Positions 1 through 10,966 of a DNA stretch of 64,000 bases are shown in pieces. Source of the stretch: Octopus sinensis (lineage: Eukaryota); NCBI RefSeq assembly GCF_006345805.1, contig NC_043023.1:15562001-15626000 (forward strand). The letters run 5' to 3'. Position numbers and translations under genes: made by a program. Below the pieces are notes generated by a model. The model was not told where the DNA came from. It did no database searches and worked only from the letters and a program-made list of their open reading frames with translations. The stretch's first letter is position 1, and each line of letters starts with the position of its first letter.

Positions 1-1
1 A

Positions 2-485
<484 letters not shown>

Positions 486-875
486 CACTGTGATATCTGC
501 AGTAAATAATTGTGTGTTCAGTATTATTTAACAGATCACAATTCCACTCATGCTAGATATGTCATTGTGATATCTGTGTTAAATCTTTCACTCAGGAATG
601 TGCTAGGGGTCCAAACATGTCACTTGTCTAACTCATGAAACGGATGATACAGCATTCTTCTTTTATTCTAAATTCCTAAAATCTCATCAGATTTTGTGAA
701 TTAATTTAATAAACAGAAAGAAAATTAAAGTTGTCTTACTCTTTTTTCTCCTCTCATTTTATACGCAGAACATTCTTCCAAATGTTGTAATGGTGAGACA
801 CACGTAAATTATAGAATTCACAGTGGATCAGTGTATGATAAAAGTCACACACGTCTCCAAACTAACCTACTATCA

Positions 876-1218
876 GCGTTTATTTTCTCTCTATCCGCTC
901 AGTCGAAGTCGACTCTTGGTCACTCGTTGGATCAGTGTCCTCCAGTCAGTTCTATCCTGGGCCGCTTCTTTCAGATTGGCCATGTCCATTCCGGTATCAC
1001 TCTTGATGGTGTCAACCTAGCGGGTTCTTGGTCGGCCTCTTCCTCTTTTGCCACTGACCATTCCGAGCATGATGTCCTTCTCCAGGAATTTTCTCCGCAT
1101 AATATGACCGAAATATGCCAATCTATCCTTGGTGATCCCATCTTCTAGCGACATTTTCGGCCTTTTCTGCTTAAGAACTTCTCTATTGGTGAGCCTCGCT
1201 GTTCATGGAATCTGTTGA
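876..1218 (-). mobile_element. RTE-clade LINE 3' fragment (C-terminus of ORF2)
   Basis: Minus strand translates to RIPWTARLTNREVL..RLAYFGHIMRRKFLEKDIMLGMVSGKRGRGRPRTR..LKEAAQDRTDWRTLIQRVTKSRLRLSG*, a typical RTE/BovB-like C-terminus. Confidence 0.85.
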
Positions 1219-1554
1219 TATTATTTAATTAAATATCAAGATACAGTGAATGGGAGACTTTTACATTTAAACCGCCCGAAATTTCATCTAGTTGTAACTT
1301 CTCCCCGTTAATTAAGCCTTCAAATTAGTGCTGAAAGAAGAAATAACGTTTGATTTCATGGTAGGGGTGAAACATCAGTGATATTAAAATGGCTCAGAGT
1401 TACTTCCCTTAGCATTAAACAGAAAGAAATGCCTTCAAACTTTATATTTCGTCTTTATTCCTCTTCGACCAGATCCAGCTGGAATAGCTCTCTGCTGTCT
1501 CTGATATTGCCTCTAGAGCATTGCTCATGTTCTTCCCAGAGACTGAGGGTTGTT

Positions 1555-1895
1555 GGATCTTTTCCTTCTGAACGGCAGTTTTCTACACAATTTCTAGTAA
1601 CTAAACACTTTTAAACTTTGTATACTGGTAGAATGTGTTTATAAAACATTATTTTCTCTTGGCTTTATTGAGAAAATTTTATAGTTTGTAACATATTTCG
1701 TCTTTAATTTCGAGCATTTCGGCAATTTTAACCAATCGCTGACCTCCATTGACGTAAACAACATTCCGTGCTGTATGAATATGTCCCTCGTTTAAGAAAC
1801 AGATTGGATGTTTTATAAACACATTCTACCAGTATACGAAGTTTAAAAGTGTTTAGTTAACCAGAAATTGTCTGCCGTTCAAAAGGAAAAGATCC
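1555..1895. mobile_element. MITE family A (GGATCTTTTCC...GGAAAAGATCC), Merlin-like, with perfect 8-bp TSD
   Basis: Long terminal inverted repeats (TIRs); TSD gggttgtt at 1547-1554 and 1896-1903; GG..CC termini. Confidence 0.85.
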
Positions 1896-2080
1896 GGGTT
1901 GTTTCTTTAAATCGTAAGGTGATTTGCCCACAAGATCTCTCGATCGAACCTCCATGGCTAGAAACTTCACTCGGAAATTCTGTTCCTCCAACATGGCGTA
2001 TTTTTCAATCTTCCACAGGAGCGCTTCACTTGTCTTCCTTTCAAACGGCATTCTTTGTATCAATATATAGGACAGGTACC

Positions 2081-2300
2081 ACTTTTAGACGCAGAAAATG
2101 ATTTTAGCTCAATAGAGGGCATAGGATTGGTTAAAATTCGAAAAATTAAACTACGTTAAAATTACAAATTACAATTTTCTCAAGAAAGCCAAAAGAAAAA
2201 GATGTTTTATTTTGACACATTCTACCAGTATACGAAGTTTAAAACTTTTTAGTTACCTAGAAATTATGTTAAAAAACTGTCGTTCAAAAGGAAAAGATCC
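2081..2300. mobile_element. Right half of a family A MITE
   Basis: Matches the right arm of 6263-6931 and ends in ggaaaagatcc (2296-2300). Confidence 0.75.
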
Positions 2301-3213
2301 GTGGTTTCTCTTTCGTACGCTCGTGTTGTTGTTGTTATAGTTGTCTGAGTGAGGAATGTTGTTGTTGCCATCAACACCGCTATTGTTTACATTAATTTGA
2401 AATTTGCCAGCAAAATCAAATAAAATGGCAATGTTCTATAAGTTGTACGAGCTTATATCCTTTGTATGAAAATAAAGAAGTTAAGTATGTTATGTGACTC
2501 CGGCGTAACCGTAACCGCCAAAAACGGGTGGTGTGGCTATTCGTTACCTTGGCCCAATTCACATTTTCAAATATTTATTATAGTTATAAACAAACATTAA
2601 CAGTTTACAACCTTAAATTCAGACAAAAATGAGTAAATACGAAGCGCACAACAACCGGATTGTTAGTTCGTTTCGTTGACTTTCCGTGTCGGCTTTTCTA
2701 TGTGTCTTCCAGTAATATTTCCCGCTCGTTCGAGTGTGTAATTAAAAATATTTCTTATAAAACAGCGACTAAATTATCATCAGAGGTATGTTGTAATACA
2801 TATTTTCTCTTTAGTAAAAACCTATGTATCTGGCTAATTGGAAAATCCAGACAGTATTGATAGTTTTAAATAATACTAGTCTGAAATCGATATTAATTCT
2901 ATTGTCCAGTAAAGCACCTGGTTTTTAATTTCAATTATTTTGGTAGATAATCCATTTGCTGGTTGTGTCCATTCAAAGCTGTTTGTTGTTTTATCACAGA
3001 TGTATCATTTGCTAAACATCTGTATTTGCTGTTTATTCTGTCAAAATGATACACGTTAATAATTTTGTCCATTTCAGCTTCTCAGAATAAATAATCTGCA
3101 ACATCATAAAACATCAATAGCTAACTGAAACATGTGGCCAGTGATAGCACTATGATAAAAAGCAGATACAGCCTTTTGTAGACAGAATCGGCAAGGGTCA
3201 TAAACTGGCGATG

Positions 3214-3556
3214 GGTACTACTCTAGAAGAGTGGTCCCGGTGTGCGCACTCGCGCTTGTTAGTCGTGACTAGTCGATCCTTACTTTGTGTTTTTGTTTTA
3301 TTTACTCAGTTTAAAAAAAAAAGGAAATTATTTACTAAAGAATATGAAAACTAAAAGAATATATCACACACATTTTATTTGATTTGTGTAAAAAAATCAT
3401 ATACATTGTTCTAAGAAATAATTTATTTACTTTCTTTAAAAAATTCTTTTATTTTATTCTGTAAAATCAACTCATTTGCATACGCGCAAGTCTTTGTAGG
3501 ATCGACTAATTACGACTAGCTAGCGCGTACCGGGTCCAGTCTTCGCTAGTAGTACC
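3214..3556. mobile_element. MITE with GGTAC..GTACC termini (~60-bp imperfect TIRs); copies at 44562-44903 and 47076-47419
   Basis: Left ggtactactctagaagagtggtcccggt vs reverse complement of right end ggtactactagcgaagactggacccggt; no TSD visible. Confidence 0.6.
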
Positions 3557-3585
3557 TGTTTTATTTACTTTATTTTAAAAAGAAA

Positions 3586-3743
3586 GGCGATCTTACGGTA
3601 TAAGTACCGGTGTACTTCCATAAGTACCGGATACATTTCAAAAAAGTGTTTTTTTATATGTGGGGGGGGGGGGGAGAAAAGTGTTTCTGTTATCTTCAGA
3701 AATGTAAACAAAGTCACGTGTGTACCTATACCGAAGGATCGCC
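3586..3743. mobile_element. Small MITE with GGCGATC..GATCGCC termini; related copies near 44390-44525, 47459-47943 and 62378-62690
   Basis: 17-bp TIR ggcgatcttacggtata / tataccgaaggatcgcc. Confidence 0.55.
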
Positions 3744-4660
3744 ATTCTGTCCTGGCTCTACTCTTCATACGTCAATTCACAGAAAACTTTCTCTAAATTA
3801 GTGACCACACCTTCAACATATGTGAGTGCAGTTTGTTGATCTGTTACAGAAGTTGTAACAATCATGAACATTACCTAATTTCATTAATAATAGATCTGCT
3901 CAGTCAAGGATAACCTAGGGTTAAACAGTAGTCACTTATCATATTATTGTCCAATATCCTATAGTTGAACCCTTTATTGTTTAAACCAGCCATATCAGGC
4001 CCAGATATTCTGCATGTTTTATATTCAAACTGGCGGTATCTGGCCTCTCACACCTAACCTACATTGACATTCTAGAAATAAACAATCACATCATTGAAAC
4101 CTCAAAGCCATAAGATAATGAATGATTAATTCAAAACAATTTGAGTGAAAAAGAATTACATTTAACAGAATAATCTGAACACTAAAGGGATAATGTTTTC
4201 CATAATATCTGAAGGAAGAGGAACTGAAGTCCGTGTATATGTAGACATTACACAAGGTTGTATCATATAATTTTAATAACAAAATAAATTTCAAAGACCA
4301 CACCCTTTTGTTACTAACCCGGCCAAAACCGGCTCTGGCTCTGTGGTAAAGTGTCTTGTTTTCATAAGTTTTGAATTAAAGTCCTCCACCAAACCTTAGT
4401 TACAATTTATGTTCCTAACACTAGTTGAATGATAACTAAGTTAGTTTACTAAGTTCTTTATTATATTTAAAATAATTGAAAGAAACACACTGAATCTCAA
4501 AAGAAATATGGTAACAAAAGGGTTACCATATTATAAATTACCATAAATAAATTTCAGAGACAAATTAAAGGATTATATCCACAGTTTATCATTATGAAGA
4601 TGTAGTTATATTTTTTTTATAGTTGAATCTCTGCTTTTTGAGTCTTTCCTATATCTTCTT

Positions 4661-4680
4661 CTGTTTCTGTGTCATTTCAG
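4661..4680 (+). promoter_or_regulatory. Putative 3' splice acceptor opening the ZNF coding exon (ctgtttctgtgtcatttcag)
   Basis: Pyrimidine tract plus TTTCAG; conserved ~330-370 nt upstream of the ATG in paralogues (27418, 48948; minus strand 15026, 37508, 43375, 61672). Confidence 0.55.
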
Positions 4681-5007
4681 GAGGTGAAATGTTAGTGATA
4701 CTTCATGAATATTGATCATCTAATGGAAGATGTTATAAATATTTGACATAACTCTTTTTATACGATTTGTCTATGGTGGAAAACTGTGAAATATTTCTTC
4801 TGAATTGATGGCAACATTTGTTTCCATCATTGCCTGTAATATTTGCTAAAGTCTTTCACATTCTGTTTGGAGCGGGAGATATCTGCAAAGGTGTTTGTAT
4901 CATCTTCAGATATTGATGAAGATCAGAACTTCTGGAAATATAAGCAATAGAAATATATAAAAAAGGAAGCAAAATTATATTTTGTGTTTGTATACTATAG
5001 AACAATA

Positions 5008-6229
5008 ATGAATCCTCAAGAGATGACAAAAGAAAGAGAAAAATTATCACATCAATGTGATATCTGTAAAATGACTTTTTCTAATCAGGGAAATCTCACT
5101 GTTCACAAATTCATTCATGCAGGAGGGAAACAATATCATTGTGATATTTGTGGTAAATCATTCTCTCATATCAGTAGCCTTACCTCTCACAAATACAGTC
5201 ATACAGGTGAGAAACCATATCAGTGTGATATTTGTGGTAAATCATTCACTCATAAGCATAGACTTACTTCTCACAAATCCATTCATACAGGAGAGAAACC
5301 ATATAAATGTGATATTTGTGGTAAATCATTCTCAGATAAAAGTAACCTTTCTTCTCACAAATACATTCATACAGGAGAGAAACCATATCAGTGTGATATT
5401 TGTGGTAAATCATTCACTCATAAGCATAGACTTACTTCTCACAAATCCATTCATACAGGAGAGAAACCATATGAATGTGATATTTGTGGTAAATCATTCT
5501 CTGATAAAAGTCACCTTTCTTCTCACAAATACATTCATACAGGAGAAAAACCTTATCAGTGTGATATTTGTGGTAAATCATTCTCTCAAAAGAGTGGCCT
5601 TATTTCTCACAAATCCATTCATACAGAAGAGAAACCATATGAATGTGATATTTGTGGTAAATCATTCTCCCATAAGCACAGCCTTACTTCTCACAAATCC
5701 ATTCATACAGGAGAGAAACCATATCAGTGTGATATTTGTGGTAAATCATTCTGCCATAAGCACAGCCTTACTTCTCACATATCCATTCATACAGGAGAAA
5801 AACTTTATCACTGTGATATTTGTGGTAAATCATTCTCTCAGAGAAGTAACCTTACTAGACACAAATCCACTCATACAGGAGAGAAACCTTATCACTGTGA
5901 TGTCTATGGAAAATCATTCTCTCAAAAAAATTCAACTTTCTTCCCACAAATCCATTCATACAGGAGAGAAACCTCATTAATGTGATGTCTGCGGAATGTC
6001 ATTCTCTCAAAGACGTTACCTTGATTCTCACAAATACATTCATACAGGAGAGAAACCATATCAATGTCGTATTTGTGGTAAATCATTCTCCCGTAAGCAT
6101 AGCCTTACTTATCACAAATCCAATCATACTGGAGAGAAACTGCATTTGTGTGATATTTGTGGTAAATCATTGTCTTGCTTGCGCTCTTTAACCTCTCATA
6201 AAAACATTCATACAGGAGAGAAACCATAG
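5008..6229 (+). pseudogene. C2H2 ZNF-1: 10 intact fingers, then a broken finger (Cys to Tyr), +1 frameshift (A7 5924-5930) and TAA (5978-5980); 3 further fingers to the shared TAG
   Basis: ORF MNPQEMTKEREKLSHQCDICK... with TGEKPY linkers. It could still encode a truncated 10-finger protein. Confidence 0.85.
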
Positions 6230-6262
6230 CACTGTAACATCTGCAGTAAATCATTCTAAGTC

Positions 6263-6931
6263 GGATCTTTTCCTCTTGAACGGCACTTTTCAACACAATT
6301 TCTAGTTAATTAAACACTTTTAAACTTTGTATACTGGTAGAATGTGTGAAAAGAAAACGTTTCTTTCTCTTGGCTTTCTTGAGACAATTGTAATTTGTAA
6401 GTTTAATGTAGTTTAATTTTTCGAATTTTAACCAATCCTATGCCCTCTATTGAGCTAAAATCATTTGCTGCGTCTAAAACTAAGACAGCATCCTGTCACT
6501 AACCCTAACCCTAAATTTTAGCCTTTCAGTTTGTTTGTTTTTTATTGTTACATGTGTGTCTAAAATTATTCGTTTTGTTTTTTAGTTGAGTTTTTTTCTT
6601 TTGTTTTAGCCTTTCATTTTTTTTTCTTAATTATTATCCTTAAATTAATTTAACAATTAAGAAAAAAAACCGAAAGGCTAAAATTTAGGGTTAGGGTTAG
6701 GGTGATGTTGTCTCAGTTTTAGACGCAGCAAATGATTTAGCTCAATAGAGGCCATTGATTGGTTAAAATTCGAAAAATTCAACTACGTTAAACTTACAAA
6801 TTGCAATTTTCTAAAGAAAGCCAAGAGAAAAAAATGTTTTATTTTGACACATTCTACCAGTATACGAAGTTTAAAAGTGTTTAATTAACTAGAAATTGTG
6901 TTGAAAACCGCCGTTCAAAAGAAAAAGATCA
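6263..6931. mobile_element. Family A fold-back MITE (~270-bp arms) starting 33 nt after the ZNF-1 stop; contains (TAACCC)n/(TTAGGG)n
   Basis: ggatcttttcctcttgaacggc...gccgttcaaaagaaaaagatca; arms complementary; flanks do not form a TSD. Confidence 0.85.
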
Positions 6932-7124
6932 GGTATTTCTCCTGCATCTGTCTTACCAGAAATATATAGCATCAGTGGTGCTTTTCCCTGGCATGAACCC
7001 AAACTGCATCTCATCTAAACTGACTCTCTCTCTAATTAGTTGATAATTATTTACTTTGTGTGAAAAAATTATTTACCTCGTTTAAAAAAAAAAAATTATT
7101 TGATATACAGCCTTTAAATACATA

Positions 7125-7637
7125 CCATAAATCCTCGAGTATAGTCCGCCCTTGAGCATAATACTCAGGGGAATTTTTAGGGGGCTGTACCTCTGAAAAA
7201 CTTAAACCTTGTGTATAATATGCACCCCTTCTCTAACATGAGTCAAGGAGGTCTATATAACATCCTTGGTTAGTAAAAATGTATACGGTAACGTCCTTTA
7301 TTATTATTGTATATATAACATAATGCAAACGTGTAGCTTTTTTGTGTATTTTGTTTGCAGAAAATAAAGAAATAACAGTAATAACGTTTAATAAATGTTG
7401 CTTACTGCAAGTTATGGATGATTCTTTTATGACTTCATTGCTTTCAGGCTTAGCTTAAGGTATTTTCACGCCCGACATCACAAATTGCGTCTGAATAAAC
7501 ATTGCCGGACAGCAAAGAGAGACTCGGACATTGCTTACAGAATATTTTTCATTTTTTACCTCGTCTATAATCCGCACCTGGGATTTTGACCTTTAAATTT
7601 GGGGGGAAAAATGCGGATTATACTCGAGGATGTACAG
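7125..7637. mobile_element. pogo/Tc1-mariner-type MITE with TA TSD; copies 34329-34838 and 51913-52574 (latter has an internal duplication)
   Basis: TA|ccataaatcctcgagtata ... tatactcgaggatgtacag|TA; termini resemble the CCGTA ends of the Passer element at 25 kb. Confidence 0.65.
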
Positions 7638-7950
7638 TACATGTTTTGCGCATGCGTGCATCTATTAATTTGCATACATGCACTCGCGCTAGGTAGTCGT
7701 AGGATCGACTAGTCACAACTAGCTAGCGCGCAGTGGGATCACTTTTCTTAAATAGTACCCGGCGTCGATAACCAGTCAAGTCGTGAATCACTCTGGTAAT
7801 TAATATATATATAACAATTATAGGTGGTTTTACATTTTCCACAATGATATTTACTACCAGGGTGCCACCAAGCTTATTGAATATGAGAGAAGGCTGTTTT
7901 TCCTAAGACATATTAACATGCAGCCATCTGTACTTTGTACAAGTTTGCGC

Positions 7951-8897
7951 TGATCTTTTCCTTTTGAATGGCATATGTCAACACAATTTCTAGTTAACTA
8001 AACACTTTTAAACATCGTATACTGGTAGAATGTGTTTATAAAACATCATTTTTTCTTGGCTTTATTGAGAAAGTTCTATAGTTTGTAACATATTTCCACT
8101 TTAAAATCAAGGATTTCGACAATTTTAACCAATGAAATATGCCTATTTGGAGTCAAAACATACCGTGCTGTATGAATATGTCCCTTGTTTAAGAAACAGA
8201 TTGGGTTTATTTACATTTGCAAAGAAAAAAAAATACCCTTCCCCCACCCCTAACCCTAAAATAGATTGAAATGCAAAGATCGATATTAGGGTTATAATTA
8301 TGGGTGACAATTTCATACAACACCACTACAGAAAATGGGATTTTTTTCTAGTGGTGTCAAATGAAAATGTCACCCATAATTATAACCCTAGTATCGATCT
8401 TTGCATTTCAATCTATTTTAGGGTTAGGGGTGGGGGAAGGGTATCTTTATCGTACCACTACTGCATAAATCTCTATGAGATATTTAGAAATGTACTGGAT
8501 CTTCTCGGTTTGAACAGCAGTTTTTCTAGCGGTGTCATATGAAATTGTCACCCATTATTATGACCCTAGTATCGATCCATTGCATTTCAATCTCTTTTAG
8601 ATTTAGGGGTGGGGGGAAGGGTATCTTTTTTTCTTCATAAATGTAAATAAACCCAATCTGTTTCTTAAACAAGGGACATATTCATATGGCACAGAATGAT
8701 TTCACCTCAATAGACGTCAATGATTGGTTGAAATTGCAGAAAAAAAACAACAAATATCTTACAAACCGTAGAATTTTCTCAATAAAGCCAAGAGAAGAAG
8801 ATGCTTTATAAACACATTCTACCAGTATACGAAGTTTAAAAGTGTTTAGTTACGTGCAAATTTTTTTTAAAAACTACTGTTCAAACTGAAAAGACCT
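7951..8897. mobile_element. Composite/nested family A and B MITEs; related at 33470-34007 and 52896-53410
   Basis: tgatcttttccttttgaa at 7951, a second terminus ggatcttctcggtttgaacagc at 8497, shared subterminal motif acacattctaccagtatacgaagtttaaaagtg. Confidence 0.7.
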
Positions 8898-9044
8898 ACA
8901 TACTCTATTTTTGATGGTGAAATTCCAATGAAGGATCCTTGGATTTAGGTTAGAAATTGGCTCTTTCTGTATTGGCAAGTAATTTTGAAATAAAACTGAA
9001 CAATGGTATACATATATACATACGTACGTACATACATGCAGTCT

Positions 9045-9058
9045 GTTGCTATAGCAAC
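9045..9058. promoter_or_regulatory. Perfect palindrome GTTGCTATAGCAAC matching an RFX X-box
   Basis: 14-bp palindrome, unchanged in the duplicated copies at 33308-33321 and 53484-53497. Confidence 0.35.
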
Positions 9059-9330
9059 GGAGCTAAGATACACAGAGTGAAGCCACTCGGGAAAGATTGA
9101 CTCTAAACTCTGCTGTGCATTCACACTAAGTGTTAAGATTCTAGCTCTCTTCTGCTGTTTGCAGCAATGCTTGGAAGGAAGGTGTGTAGCGTGTGATTGT
9201 CACATTGAGCATAATAGAAAGTTTAGCGGAGAATCTGCATCAGATTTTGCAAAACTCAGGGCAATACCTGCTCAGAGGCCCACACAAATTTTCATCATTC
9301 TCGACACAATCAAGGGAATCTTGTATAACT

Positions 9331-9530
9331 TATTTCTTTATTACCCACAAGGGGCTAAACACAGAGAGGACAAACAAGGACAGACGGCACGGGTTAAGTC
9401 CGTTATATCGACCCCGAAACGATGAAAGGCAAAGTCGACCTCGGTGGAATTTGAACTCAGAAGATCATGGCAGATGAAATACGGCTACGCATTTCGCCCA
9501 GCGTGCTAACGCTTCTGCCAGCTCACCGCC
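9331..9530 (-). mobile_element. SINE family 2 (ggcggtgagctggcag...gccccttgtgggtaataaagaaata) with TSD; orthologous copy ~53771-53959
   Basis: B-box-like gagttcaaattcc; TSD ttgtataact at 9321-9330 and 9531-9540. Confidence 0.85.
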
Positions 9531-10591
9531 TTGTATAACTAAAACCTGAGTGACCCCTGGCGGTCAGACAGGAAAGCAAAATGAAAATGGGATTTAAAGA
9601 GAGTAATCTCCCTCGACCTTCTTGAATATATTAGAAGCTTCCTATAAACTTCCAGGTGACATAGCAGTCAGGGACTTCTGGTTTATCCCTAATATAAAGC
9701 AGAACATTCTAATTTTGTGCCACCCTTGCGTTGACTCCTGACTCCTAGACATGCATTGACTCAGGTCATACACATACACACCCGCAAGTGCATGTGTTTG
9801 CCTTATTCTGCTTTGAGACGTGGTTGCAAAATATGTTCATCTGATGTTACAAGCTTTTCCTTCAATTAACCTTATATGTCAACGCATTACCTCTGGATCT
9901 TGCCTGAGTAGGGTTTCCTCTCCGAAGACCTTCCGCTGTGCAGCTCTCTTGAGAATTTCCTACCATTGTCTTATTTTAACATTTCATCAGTGACTGGGAA
10001 ATATATTTCCTTCACACTCCTTCTCTCACATGGTTACCATCTACTCAATGGCTCCATCGCATATTCACTAGATAACCACCATCGTTAGCATTTAATGAAC
10101 AAACTTATCCCTTCGTTTATCTCTCATCACTGTATCTTAGCATCTAACACCAAGTATTTTGTATATTAAATAATATCAACAAATTATATAACTTCAAAAC
10201 AAACATTTATTATAGATCAGTTTGGAGAAATGTGTAACTTTTATCATACATTGATCAAGTGTGAATTCTATGCTGCATCATCAATTGTATAGGCTCATAA
10301 GGGACACGTTTGGATAGGGTTGCCAGATTAGAAAATCATATATACGGGACACTTTTAAAATCTCTCTCTATATATATATTTATACATGCCTGCACACCCA
10401 ACATAATATATAAAAGCAGAGAGATAAGTTAAAAAGATAATGCAATTATTTTAATGAGTTATGAGGTCAAAATTATTTAATACAAGCTAAAGAAATAATA
10501 AATTCTATTAAAGTGAAATAATTTGAAAATATTTCTTTAATACAGACAACAGAGAAATAAGCAAACAATATCTTGTGTAATGTGTACATAT

Positions 10592-10966
10592 AGGCATAGT
10601 AGTGGCTGTGTGGAAAGTAGCTTGCTTACCAACCACATGGTCCCAGGTTCTGTCTCACCGTGTGGCACTTTGGACAAGTGTCTTCTACTATAGCCTCGGG
10701 CCGACCAAAGCCTTGTGAGTGGATTTGATAGACAGAAACTGAAAGAAGTCCATCGTATATATGTGTGTGTGTGTATATGTTTGTCCCCCAAACATCGCTT
10801 GACAATCGATGCTGGTGTGTTTACGTCCACCATAACTTAGCAGTTCAGCAAAAGTGACTGATAGAATAAGTACTTGGCTTACAAAGAATAAGTCCTGGGT
10901 CGATTTGCTCAACTAAAGGTGGTGCTCCAGCATGGCCACTGTCAAATGCCTGAAACATGTAAAATA
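10592..10966 (+). mobile_element. SINE family 1 (tRNA-derived head, central (TA/TG)n); orthologous copies 30901-31276 (-) and 55020-55396 (+)
   Basis: A-box-like tggctgtgtgg, B-box-like ggttctgtctc/ggttcagtccc, conserved body ...ggtgctccagcatggcc..gtcaaatg..gaaaca. Confidence 0.85.

Noticed and set aside
1400-2063. Decayed minus-strand reading frame split by the MITE at 1555
   Set aside because: Possibly a retro-element ORF1 fragment, but no diagnostic motif.
2540-2960. Dispersed repeat with cgtttcgttgac.ttccgtgtcgg and gtctgaaatcgatattaatt motifs (also ~17.0, 20.4, 24.7, 40.0, 45.3, 46.6, 62.9, 63.9 kb)
   Set aside because: Clearly repetitive, but ends, TIRs and TSD could not be defined, so it was not classified.
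4835-4860. tgtaatatttgctaaagtctttc resembling a fossil CxxC-K-F finger in the leader
   Set aside because: First Cys codon is TGG or otherwise altered in the paralogues; too short to support.
5117-5980. Long alternative-frame and antisense ORFs over ZNF arrays ([12 protein letters not shown].., MIYHKYH..)
   Set aside because: Shadow frames of the 84-nt repeat, which happen to lack stops; they occur wherever fingers occur.
9060-10300. GC-richer segments resembling exons
   Set aside because: Stops in all frames tried; no recognisable protein.
10592-10966. tRNA-like A/B boxes
   Set aside because: These are SINE heads, not tRNA genes; no cloverleaf and followed by a SINE body.
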